This document shows, in pieces, positions 42,717 through 54,868 of a DNA stretch of 64,000 bases. The notes under the pieces were generated by a model. That model searched no databases. It was not told the DNA's origin and saw nothing but the letters and a program-made list of their open reading frames with translations. The stretch spans positions 3,038,001 to 3,102,000 of the forward strand of contig CM039006.1 in the NCBI GenBank assembly GCA_017499595.2, given 5' to 3'. Within the stretch, counting starts at the first letter, position 1. The number at the start of each line of letters is the position of its first letter. Both the position numbers and the translations under genes were made by a program. Source of the stretch: Psilocybe cubensis. Lineage: Eukaryota.

Positions 42717-43967
42717 CTAGGGGTGGGGTGATTATATGCGGGTGTGAGAGCATTTCTGGGGGGCATAGTGATGTAAAATTGGAGCGGCTCACTGCGAATC
42801 AGAGGTACCGAAACCCTTCATTGCTAAAGCGTACACCAGTAAAATGGGAAGCGGGTGGAAGTGATACTGAGGGGAGAGTTCGAGAGAAATCATTTTCTTG
42901 CACGAGAAGATTACAGGACATGGTCAATCCAATAGAGTAAACTTACCGAGGGTGTATTCTCCCCGTCATTTTGGTGATTATATACCTCACACTCGTTTCC
43001 GTGCTCGCGTTCAGCCGGTGGGATGTTACAAAATCGTTTCATGGGGACGGAGCGGTAGCCGACGGTGGGTGAAGGTGAGGACTGAGCAGGAATCTGGTGA
43101 CAAAACGAATCATTAGGAGTCCGAGATGCAGATACAGTAGCAATTACGCACCTCTAACCGTTCCGCAATGTACCATCAGTCTCCTGTCAGTTTTCCCTAT
43201 GTTTTATACCTCTGGAGTGCGAGTTTACGATACATCGGGCAGAGGTGGGTGCGCATAAACGTCAAGGAAAGGTCGAGAACGGCGCTGTAGGGCCTACTTG
43301 AAGGCCAGGATTTTGAATAGGGAGGCTGTACCCAGGATGACAGGAAGGTAATTGAAAGGTCTGGAGGCCTGGAGGAGGGGGTCGATTTAGTTGAGTGAAA
43401 ACAGTATTGATGATGCGGAGAATGGTTCAACGGGAGGTGTAGGCAGTAATAATGAAGGGAAGGGCCTGAAAAGAGAGATATCATTCCTGTGCGTGAGCCG
43501 CCTCGGAATTTGATAGTGCAAGGGGGACTGAAAGCAAAACACTTACCAAGAGTGTGTTCCACGCGCCGCATCTAACTCCTGACGGTTGTCCGTTGACCGC
43601 TTCCGGACGGTTGAAGACCTGTCACAGATTTGTAAGCCCCACTCTATGTGAGTTGTCGTCCATTGATTAGAAAGAGGAAGGGAAGGAGGCCGAAGGGGAC
43701 CAAGCGGCAGAAAGTAATGTCGAATCATCATGGGGTGCAGAAAATGAGATATTGACTTACGCACCTCTAACCATGCCATTCTACGTCACCGAATACTCTT
43801 CTCCCAAGATCGGCCTTTAGCGAATGCGAGTCTCAGATAAAGTAATAATCCAAGAGTACCCATGGAGTCTGAACGATTGAACACAAAGGGACGAGAGCGT
43901 GAGAAAAGGAAGAACTCGCGATCAGAGTGGTTTCGAGAGGAGATTGAAAAGACTTGTCTTTGTTCGC
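42717..43967 (-). repeat. Inverted duplication block B'
   Basis: Reverse complement of 13386-14605. Confidence 0.9.
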
Positions 43968-44019
43968 TTTTCACTAGGCTCCTACACCAGTCGTTTCTGA
44001 CTCAGCATATTTCGAGCTC

Positions 44020-47000
44020 CGGATATGTTCTTTAATGCTCCTCATCTCTCCTGACGCCGCTCAAGTGGGAAAGGAGAGATTGTTGGGTTATCGATGGCTG
44101 TTCATGTGTGCTATGGTTAAATAATAACGGTTGCTTGCATATGTTAACTACTGGGTAGCGAGTACTCATGAGAATATAACCCTACGACGGTGGCACGGAT
44201 ACACCTGATGCTATATGTCTCTTATACCCTGACGCACCCGCAGTTTTCTCCCAAATCATTCCAGCTGCACTGAGTTTATATTGTTAATGAACACATGTAT
44301 ATGGATGGACCTTCTGGGCTACACTAGGAAGCGAAGGGAAAGTAAGTCGTTTAAAGCTGTTTCGATCCTTTTTCCAGTGTTTCTTTGCGTCATAATCATT
44401 ATTGTTAATGAACACATGCGTATGGAGGGTGTCCCGTCCGCCTCTCACCTTTCTTCCATATAAATGATTTAAGGTCCAACTAATAGGTTGAACGCGAGGC
44501 AGAAACATCAACCTCGATGTAACCTGCCGTGATGTATTAAAAATAGTCCTGGGAGAAATGTCATATTAACCAATCACAGTTTCTGTGGTGGAAATAGAAC
44601 ATGAGGTGGATGACGGGTCATTTCTCTGGGCACGTCATGGAAATGATGCGGCTGTAAGCATAGAACCACGCCGAGTGTGTGTATTCACAGGAAGATTGTT
44701 TTTTTTTCCTAAAAGAGGTGAGTCATTTTACACACGAGGAGTTGGAGAGTTCATTGTACACTAGCCTTACAAGGCCGAAAACATGAGAAATACCCCTTCA
44801 TTGTTCGATTTGTGATAAACCATTCTCTCCCTCCTCCCACATCTACATCGCTACCCCAAGCCAGTAAATCCAACACAAAAATGGATTCCAGCAATACGTA
44901 CGATTATGGCTTTTTTGATTATTCTTTGGGCCATGATCTTTTATTCCCTGACTTATGGGTCGGTGAGTACACTCCCCTCTAATAAAGTTGAATTTCTTAT
45001 CGATTTTTCGACTGCTGCTTAGACAATACCGAACGACTATCTGATGGCTATCCCCTGACAGATGGTCTTCCGGTCAGCGTCGGCAGCCCTCCAAACACCA
45101 TGCCCTCATTTTCAAGCGACTTCGATATGCCCGTCGAGCATATCGCAACTTCCTCTTCCTCTTCTTTTCCAATTATGGCCAATATGCGTAGTAAGATACG
45201 GGATAATCTGCATTCGAAATTCGACGCTGACCGTAAATTAAGCAGAAAGGTTCAATTGGATGTCAAATGTGCATACCGGAACAAACGAAGGATACGCCGC
45301 ATCAGTCCCCAATTCACACACTGGCACATCATTTTACAATTCAGTTGTTCAGTTGTCTCCGCAACACTGCGCTCAACTGACAGCAGAGTCTTCATCACAC
45401 CCTCGACTTCGCCAGGAGCCTGCGACGGTCCCGACTCCCTCTTATCATTCTCAACCTTTTGAGAATGCTCACTGTAAGAACCAAAGTACTCCACGCTCGC
45501 AACTTCAAGCTAACAATACACTCCTGAGTAGTATTTTCCGGATCGTCGCTAGCGACGTTCCCCTCTATAGATGTGAATTCGGCATATGCGCCAGACGATA
45601 GCACAGCATTTATACAACCCACCGACATCTCTGGGGATTTCATCAGGTATTCAAGCCACCCACCCACCTCCTTTGAGGCGTCATTCTGCGGATACCAATC
45701 TCAACCGACCAGTAATCAGTGGGCGGATACATATGGGGGCCAGGATAATGAGTACGTCCGAACTTGCAATAGAATGTAAATTCAAACTGATATTGGCGGT
45801 CAGGCATTCAAATTATCATTTGACGCCCAAAGTATCTTTGTTGGGAGATAACCAAGAAGCTACACAGCAAAGTCGATACGTCGACATTGCTCATGCAGGA
45901 TTTTGGTGCAGTACGCCTGAGCCGATTACTCGTGTGAGGCACGTCAATGATAGGAGTTTGGGGGCTCTGAAATCTCGTGGTTAGTTATTCTCTCAGATTT
46001 TTCTAATGCCGAAGATCGCTGAAACAAAGGTCACAGCATCCCAGGTACCGTATACAACGACGCCTTGTGAATCGCAGAGAGAATTGAACCACCCAATGCT
46101 TTCAAGAACTCAGCAACTTGTTTCGTACTATCAGCCTGGGAGGCACGATAACCTCCCAGGCAATCTTGCCAACAGTTTTCACTCCAGCGCCGGAGAAAAG
46201 AAGTCATGTCATACAGGATCCATGCAGATGGATTTGAACAGCGAAGGAAGCTCCGGGGTTGACCCCGTCGAGCCTTTCGCTAGGCGTGGACACCATGATG
46301 GAGGGTATGATAACGTGCATTCTTTTCTCATATCCAGAGAGTGGAACTGATATATGTTTTGCCAATTTTTAGGATGGTTGACCGTCCCTCTACGAAGAAG
46401 GGTGGTGACAGGTAAGAGCCTTCCTTCACATAGTAAATGAACCCGTCAGCAGAACTGACTTTGTCTTGCAAAATTAGCCGAGTCACCAACGCTTCCAGAC
46501 ACTCCAGGAAGCGAAGGTTGTCGACGTCAGACCGAGATAGGTATGTACAAACGCACCTTTTACCAATCCTCTCAATGTCTAACAGTCTATCTCCTCCCTT
46601 CCATTTCTGATGCAGAGGCAAATCCGCTTCTACCGCCAAACGCCCGAGGACAGGGTCTCTACAGGACCCTGTGCAGACCAAAGAGGGAGAAGGCAGGGTT
46701 TCGGCGACCCTGAAGCCCGCAGTGAGGCCGCAGGTGGTGCAGCCAGCGCGACCGCGCTGTCTCGCTGACGGGTTCTCAGAGGGGCGTCTGGTGATAGAAA
46801 AGCGTGAGCGTCACCGAAAGAAGGAAGGGGGTTTCACCTTCCAGGTGATGAGGCCCACACAAGGGCCATAGGAGGCTCTAGGGGGGAGTACCTCGGTTTG
46901 ATGCTAGCCACCAGAAAGTAGTTAGTATCTGAGAAAATGAAAAAGTATACAAATACCTTGGGAGACACTGAATATCTTGATAAGTTTGAGTATCTTTTAA

Positions 47001-47232
47001 CACTGTCATAATGTAGGTGGGATAACATAAAGGCGACAGTCGTCCCAGAGCATGATAAGAAGAGATCAGATAACCCTTTGGTTTTCATTGAGCTAATATC
47101 TCCGAGATAATCACGACGCTCAGTGACCGTGGGACATATTGCTGCGAACGGCCTTTCGGCACTTTGTGTTCACGTCTTTTTGATCAACCTCGACAGTTGG
47201 GCGGTAAAAAGAGGAACGTCAATGATAACACA
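44020..47232 (-). repeat. Inverted duplication block A'
   Basis: Reverse complement of 7941-11087. Confidence 0.9.
44881..46871 (+). CDS. Paralogue of the 8299-10210 gene, function unknown; 3' end approximate
   Basis: ATG at 44881 (MDSSNTYDYGFFDY) with the same intron positions as its partner. Confidence 0.45.
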
Positions 47233-50200
47233 GACAATGAACCCATAATAAGTACATTTGTGCCATTATTCATGCGTTGACGAATTAAATATTTCAAGTG
47301 GAGCACTTCTAGATTGCACAGCACATAATCACTCATGCCGTACAAAGTTCACAAAAAAATTCTAGACAAAATCTCATACAGATGCACAGAGACAGAGACG
47401 CGTTTTATATCTCCCTCCAACAAGAATAGATTAACTATGAACAAGATTGCCGTTGTGCGAAAGATGTATAAGTACACGATGAGAACGGGAACTTTGCATC
47501 ACGATCAAATAATGAGTGTCCCATGAAACATACACCACCGCAGCCAACTGAGTCTTATATGCGTATTAGATTATGGATATACATACTCGAAATCGACTAA
47601 TCTCAACCTGATGTCATCCAATTCTACTTAGTACGCAAGTCAATCAACTCAACCTCATCGGCACACCCCATAAATCGCGATCGGAGATTCGAGACGTACA
47701 ACACTGAGAATGCGAATGGAGACTCTGATTTTCACGGAATATGCAAATTCATTCACAGTGGATGAACAGACCTCTTTGAGTTTTTTGGACCGCAACAGCG
47801 TCGCTGCTATCTCGTGTGCTCAGGCTACAGACGCTATGTATAGGTACAGTAAAGAAATTTTAGACTAGTTCGGACAGACTCTATGTAGAGGTGAAAGTTT
47901 GGAGTTGGTGGAATGGAGATGTTGGGGAGGAGGAAAAATTTCATGTCTGGGATGATTAGGAATGATTGTGGTGAGTGAGACGAATTGTAGGCAATAAATG
48001 ACGCTGTAACTCACTCTCTAATTACAGTTTACACATTTGTTAAGGTTTTTGGGTGTTTGTTGTGCGGTATTGGTGGATAATCAATGCGTTTGAGCGATTT
48101 TTGTGAATTTGGAGTTTATCTCAAACGTTCAGCTGGACTCAGATCCGTATACTCTACCACAATAGTACCGTATTTACCTTCATGCATTATGAATCCCAGG
48201 AGATAACGAATTCTAGGCAAATCACTGGTATTTTTCATCCTTCGGATATCGTATCACACACTCCAGTAACCCTCCAACTTTCATCGCAAATTTCAGCCCT
48301 CAAAGACGCAATTTGCAACTTGTAGCTTACCTATACATCCATTATCCATAATAAAACGACCCATATTGACACATAATATCGTGCCACATATCCAAAATGT
48401 TGAGAAACATCCCGTTGCACTTCGTATCCCAAATATCCTTGCACTAGAACGTGATGGCACGTTAGCTGAACCAAAGAGGGACGCGCTATGACTGCAACAG
48501 CATCTGGGAGTAAAGGAGACGGTGGAAATGAGGCTGACTTGTGACATGGGAGAATATCAGGAGGATTTGGGCATGATACATAATTTGTTTTGTTCGCGGT
48601 GAGGTTTCCGTTTGTCCATACGCAGGCTGCGATGTTGTGGGTTGACGGGATGTTTAGATCATTATGCGTGCTTGGGTGTTTGAGTGGGTAGGTACAGTCG
48701 ACGTACAGATGTGCGTTGTTGTCAATTGTTTCTCTGTTTTATTGCCCATGGTTGGATGAGCCCGGTATATCCTTAAGACCTTCATTTGTCAACTTTAGTT
48801 TAATCACACGACGTACGTCGATAGTTATAATACTTCTACTAAACCTGGCACTAGATGCTCAATCATCACTTCAGGAGTTGCATAATCAACGATATGGCAG
48901 TTTTCATAATATGCACACTAACCTGGATGCAGGAAACACGGTACAACCCTATCATATATATACGCGTCACAATTTGTCGAATATATGCGCAATTTGATGG
49001 AAATTTTCAAAGTGGCCCACAAGATTCATTATATTTGATCATCCGTACATCTATTTCACAAATAAAATGCGGATGGAAATTAAAACTGACCTTGACAAAG
49101 TCGATTGTGCGCTCTGAGTCAGGGAGATGGATATCGGCACTCCCGTTAGCGTTGCAGTTACCTTCAGCGAGCACAAAATCTGTCACGGCCATTTTGATTT
49201 GGCGGCACGGGTGAGGGATGTGGATAGGAAGGAACCGGAACATGAGTGAACAGTGGGTTATTCGCTGAGGAGACGGGGACACGATGAAATTGAGGTGGTC
49301 GGACCCCGGAGTTGTTGGCGAGAAGTAGTGTAGGTTGCGAGGTACGGAGAGGGAGAGACCAGCTTATACAGGCTGAGGCGGTCTCGGACAGGTGTCTGCA
49401 ACTTGGCTATGGTTTACGTGTGGCCTTCCAAAGATGCCAGTGTGCGAAGCGCGAATGATCCTGAGCGCTACTCTCCCAGAGCCACATTTGTTGCGGGTAA
49501 TCTCATTGATCCTAAGCAGAGACGCCGTCCGTTTTGTGTTGCACTATAATTGTATTGCTCAGAAATTTGCACCATTACAGTTAGAATTCGACGTACATAA
49601 GTGAAAATGACTGAGGTGTGCTACGCTACGTGATTCACGCGTTCGGGGTGAGTGAGATATCAGGTTCACCATTCGCAGCCTGCTTCGACGAGCATCGAGC
49701 GTTACAATATAGAAGTGGGAGGACACCGACACCGGAAAATGCGCTGCAGGTTGGCCACGCAGCGTACACGTCAACAATAGAGAGACGGTGGGGGCGGGGC
49801 TTTTCCCCAACAGGACCGCAGAGAAAGCCGTACACACGCGACATGTGTTTCTGCGATATGAACGGCAAGGACAAACAACCCTAGTCTCAGATTAGCGATT
49901 TCCGTCGAATGTTTACCCTGTTGTCGTCTGTAATACGTCTCCAAAGCAAGATTCGCTTTGTTAAGCACTGGGCAAGTAAGTTTTGCAGGTCTTTGATGAC
50001 GGGAGCATGGGAATGGGAGGAGGGGAACGAGAGCGTGTGGCGGGGTCCAAAAGACGAAGGTACTGTGTGTATGCGCCTACAAATATGCAGGCCCCGGGTG
50101 GTCGATAAGTGGTCGATGACGTGTCTCAACAGATAGAGATGCGAGGAGCATTCGGAGAATGAAGGGAGACGTAGCGTAGACCTGCCATTCCACTTTACTG

Positions 50201-53200
50201 ACGCTTTATGCACAACTGCGCTGCACACAGTATGTCAAGAGTCAGTTATTGACTGGGTGTAGCTGCCGCGGCGTCGATGTTTCGCATGCGCCAGTGCAGT
50301 GCTGACTAGGAAAATGATGGTGCCGGGTGTAAGCGACAGCAGAAAGACAGGAAAGGGTGGTGGTAGTTTCTGTGGTTCCATGTAAAAACGATGGAGAGCA
50401 TGTAAAGTACTCACCGAATTCCTCCTCATCGACATCTGAATCCATTGTCCCCTCCTCAAGGTCATACTGCTACGTAAGCCACAAGGTTCCCAGCATTTCT
50501 CAAATACACACAGCTGACCTTCCCTTCGAGTCATAGTACTTCGAGTGGCTGGAGTAGTCGATGGTGCGAGCCATAGCAGAGGGAGGGGAGAGGGTAGTGG
50601 TGGTTCCATGCGGGAACAAAGAAGAGAAAAATTAGAGCGCTCAGCGAAATCCTTGTCCAAGTCAACGCCTAAATGTCCCAAATACAGAGATAAACACCTC
50701 CATTCAAATCGTTGTCTTGGTTGGAGTAGAGCTGAGTGGAGATGGCAGTGGAAAAAAGAAAGGAAAGCAGTGAGGCTCGCATTGTTTGTCCTTGCTGTTG
50801 TCAAGAGCATTCAAACTCCGCTTGACTCCTGATGTGCACGCAAGGATGGGTCACAGCGACGATATGCGCCTCGATAGTCCTTCCATGCTTCTTTCTCGAG
50901 CGAGCTCTTGAAATGATATCGCATGAATGAATTAGATACTGTCAGTATGTGCGTCAACATAGTTTCTGGTCGGATTAGCCCCCCTATAGCTCTTATGTGA
51001 ATTATCATAGATGCGCGACTTGGAAGGGAGACGCCGCGCACAAAGTGTGTGTGTGAAGCCGATAGAGGGGGTGTTGAGTGATGAACCAGTTTGTTTTTGA
51101 CAGGGTGGTGTAGTGGTTGAAGAGGAAGAGGCGGTGGCAGTTGTAGAGATTGCGGAGTGGGGAGTCGGGTCTGTAGGGGCAGGTGTTGACCGTGATGATG
51201 ATTGTGGCGAGGTGCCAAAGAAGGTAATGGAGGAACAATATAGGGAGTATTTGAAAAGGTAAATGTACCACCTGATTGTGTACATCGACACACAAGCAAT
51301 TTCTGATCGACGTCAACGACGAGTGAAACAACTTCAATGATACGTGCTGATCAGGAGTGTTGTGGTACTTGCAATTGTACAAGCGATATGGATTGCTTGT
51401 AGCGGAGATCGTAAGTAAAACTCAGGACGTCGTGTAGCCCAACTGCACAATGGTGATATTGTGGAAAATTTGTAGGACAACATGGAATTCTAGATGGACT
51501 CCGAGCGGCATATTTACGAACTGCCAGCTCTGTGATGACCGCTTTTGCACATCCTTAAAGACTTATCCAGGCTTTTGCAGCTTTTATCTTTATGCAAGGC
51601 TGCATGCAATACCAGGATGTTGAGCGGCTGCCGAGAAGGAATGCGGATCCTCTGTGCGTGTAGAGGGTGTCAAATATGACCACGCTTTTCTGGTGGACCA
51701 GATAATGGACCGGCGACCCAAGGAGGACTCACTGTAGGAGACCGTTATCTGATTTCTTGTTTCCATTGGCTACAATTTGCGCATCATACAATTTTGGTTA
51801 TGCTAAAAGCACTGTATATTGAATAATATGGGTCTTTTCAAAGATATGTGGAGTGCAAATGAGACTTTTTTCAGCTCTGGAAACACCTCCGCCAATGTAG
51901 ATTTAAATGCGTTGTACTCCTGATGTGTTTGTATTTATTCCTCCGGACACTTCCATAAATAAATGTGTGCTTTTAATATGATAGATCATGCTTTCAGCAC
52001 CAACTTGAACTATATCGATTACTTTGAAGCAGATTCGTGGTCGGGTGTACTCCGAAAAGTCTGTGTCTCCACCTTGATCTGAACATCCCCCTAAGTGAGA
52101 TAAATTGCTTCAGTGTTTTGCCTATTAAAGAAAAACAGAAAATTACAACGCACATAATCGGTGTGATCTTTCCCGCAATCTCCGTTCAGAGCACACTGAG
52201 CCTGTATATTCTCAGTTGATGGCTGGCAGCAGTCGCCGTCTCTATCGCATTTTGTGTACGGAGATATTTCGATTTTGGAGGAAGAATGGTCTTTGCTATT
52301 GAGAGAAATACTGATATGTCCTTTGGATGGGCAAATTTCGGTCAGCATACGTTCACGTCGATCAAGAGAGGTGAGGAGACTGCATGCATAAACTATATAA
52401 AGGTATACAGCAGACAGAATAACATTAGTCAGAGTATGATATGCACGTTAAACACACGGACCATTGCTGAGGAAAAATAATGGACCTTCGTACGCTGGGG
52501 TACCGTTCATAAATATTTTCTGAGAAAGTCATTAGCGTGATCAAGTTATGCGGTGTTGTAAGGTGAGGCTTACAAGGAGCAGTGTAGTAAGGTTTATCAG
52601 CACTGTAAGAATGCCTGTAGCAACCGCATAGAACGTCAATGATTTCACAATGCATCTTGTTCTGCTATGATGTCAGAAAACAAGGAAAAACCAAGTTCTC
52701 ATGACGCACCGTTTGATTTGGGATTTCTTCTGCCAAAGAAGGACGCACAGAGTAGCCGCAATAGTTGAATCGGCTACAAATATTGAAATTAGGGTGGCGT
52801 ACAGTGGTCCCTGATTATTGATAATATCATAAATGTAGCTGAAATTATTATAGATGGAGTTTTGCTATTACAAACTCACTGTCATGTTCATGGCTTCGAT
52901 GCCATTTGCTCGATGACTAAGATAACAGCGCAATGTAAAAAATGCCCGTTCAAGCATTGTATACACGTACGACAAATATGACGCATCTGTATTTCAAAAA
53001 TAGACAGTGTTAGTCAATTATCATCACGTCGAGAAATACCACGGACATAATCCCGCCACTATTGCACTGATACTTGGTAATATCTGCAGTCCCGCATATG
53101 CAATCAGTAGGTATTTTCAGTCTTTTGTTAAGCCTCGTACCGATATCACCGTGAGGACCCGGCTACCACCGCTCACTAAGGGGAAAGAGGTGTTAGCAAT

Positions 53201-53289
53201 CAACATATGTTCCAAATCGTCATGTGAAAGTAGCGTACACAGCCAAATTTTGTAACAGTATAGTCTATGTTCACAACTTGTTTTAGTGG

Positions 53290-54026
53290 GCCACCGCGGA
53301 GCGTGGCATGACGAGTCTTTACGATTCAGCGTCACGCTTTGTAATAATATAATATATATATAATATAATATAAATATGTCCAACTTTGACGTGGATATCG
53401 GTGCAATGGACGAAGTGATATTCAGACTCCAAGGCATAGTTAGCGACAAGATGCTACCACCAATGGCAAAGCCTGCTTTGTACGTCCACTCCATTGAGGT
53501 GAATTAATTACAAATGAGGACTGTTACAGCCGCGACAGAACGGTCAAGCAACAACCATATTTACGTACCGCCATTGCTATCACGGGACTCGGAGACATTG
53601 TGTTCAATAAGGTGATGGAAAAGCTAGAAGAAGTTTTCCTCCGTTTTGCAAACAATTTTCCCGCGGACAGCGTCAGCGGCTATGACCCAGTTCTTCACAA
53701 AGACACGGGTTTCAATGTTTTCCATGCGCATAGCCAATATTTCACGAAGGTATCCGCATATCAAGACAAATCTGACAACATAGGTTTTCATCCCCTGGTC
53801 AACCCTGATAACGTGTTGGCGTCCATGGTAGGGGACAGTTTCATCCACGCAATCGATAACAAGGTACAGTTTCTTCGTCGGGAGATACTTCCTGACGGAA
53901 CAGCCAGGTATGTTTAGAAAATACCAACAACACATCACAACCAAACTAATATCATGTTGCAACAGATATTATTCTTATAATCCTGCCTCCATACGAATTG
54001 GAGACATTGTCGAGATCAGTGTTTAG
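53290..54026 (+). pseudogene. Multi-exon gene of unknown function, 3'-truncated by the retroelement array
   Basis: Exons DEVIFRLQGIVSDKMLPP, AITGLGDIVFNKVMEKL..FLRREILPDGTAR|YYSYNPASIRIGDIVEISV. The frame stops at GTT TAG exactly where the element sequence begins (54021). Confidence 0.55.
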
Positions 54027-54030
54027 GGGG

Positions 54031-54065
54031 GGAGCGAGCACCGAGCGAAGCGAGGTGCGAGCGAC
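54031..54065 (+). other. Hairpin with three tandem G.A pairs and a GCGAAGC cap (also at 58444, 59148 and 63551)
   Basis: G-GA-GC-GA-GCACC-GA-GC-GAA-GC-GA-GGTGC-GA-GC-GA-C is symmetric if GA:GA sheared pairs are allowed. Confidence 0.7.
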
Positions 54066-54095
54066 TAGTTTAAACTGGGAGTTAAAATGGAAAGA

Positions 54096-54160
54096 AGCCA
54101 GAGGGCTGTTGGGGGATCCCAACAACCAGCCCTTTCGTCTTTATAGACTCTTCAGTGGCT
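54096..54160 (-). ncRNA. Type I hammerhead ribozyme
   Basis: Minus strand reads AGCCA CUGAAGA GUCU-AUAA-AGAC GAAA GGGCUG..CAGCCC UC^ UGGCU. The catalytic core and stems I-III are complete, with predicted cleavage between 54101 and 54100. Confidence 0.92.
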
Positions 54161-54695
54161 ATTCTTAGAAGGAATGTTCTAGACATCCGATGACAGCGCG
54201 TGAAGTGATGCTGCGCAGCTGTCATGTATCTTACCGACTATCACAAATCTGTCAATGTTTATTGTCAAGTTAGACAGGTCTCTGATGAACAGAGTGTCAC
54301 GGGTCAATGTGGCACATGGTAACCTGTCAAAAGTGGATCCAACACTTTTGTTCTTTGACATCGTGGGTTATTGACTGTGATGTGAATCACATGGATATAG
54401 AGTACTCTGGTTACGTGGCTCCGAGTAACCGCGACATGGGAATATTCACATGTCTAGAGTATAAATAGCTTACCTGGGTCCTTACCTAACAATCAATTGA
54501 TTGATTGTTGTGAATCTTAATTGGACAGTTCATGATCCGGTCCATCAAAAATGTTTCCACGGTACTAAGGAACTTTTCCCGAGGTACTAAGTAACTTTTC
54601 CCATGTACTAAATTAGATCCGGCCCTTCACAATCACATGCCGTTCGGAAGTTCACACGCCTACCTTACTTCCTACTAAGGTTAGACTTAGTTAGC

Positions 54696-54756
54696 TTAGG
54701 GTTGGGGTTAGGTTAGGGCTTAGGGTTTAGGGTTTAGGGTTTAGGTTTAGGTTTAG
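54696..54756 (+). repeat. Telomere-like tract (TTAGGG/TTTAGGG/TTTAGG variants) in the element 3' UTR
   Basis: TTAGGGTTGGGGTTAGGTTAGGGCTTAGGGTTTAGGGTTTAGGGTTTAGGTTTAGGTTTAG. Confidence 0.9.
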
Positions 54757-54868
54757 CTATTTAATCCAATGTGTTGCTTGTAAGTAGATGTTTGTTACTT
54801 TGTAGCAAGGAATACTTACGGTTAGGGTTTTTTTCTAATGCTTTACGCCTTAAGCGCTAGTATTCTTT

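Noticed and set aside
47500-53250. Scattered degenerate ORF fragments, possibly transposon-carried genes
   Set aside because: No motif could be supported without an HMM search.
54280-54335. Plus-strand CTGATGA as a second hammerhead core
   Set aside because: No properly placed GAAA or stems follow. The motif sits in a simple CTCTG/CAGAG hairpin.
54179-54361. 60-aa ORF MSKNKSVGSTFDRL.., repeated four times
   Set aside because: It recurs only because it lies in the terminal repeat. It has no recognisable motif and overlaps structured non-coding sequence.
54561-54610. CRISPR-like repeat
   Set aside because: It is only about 2.5 tandem 22-mers with no spacers, in a eukaryotic context.
54696-54756. 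A true telomere or an interstitial telomere remnant
   Set aside because: The same irregular variant pattern recurs at a fixed position in each unit, so it is encoded by the element.
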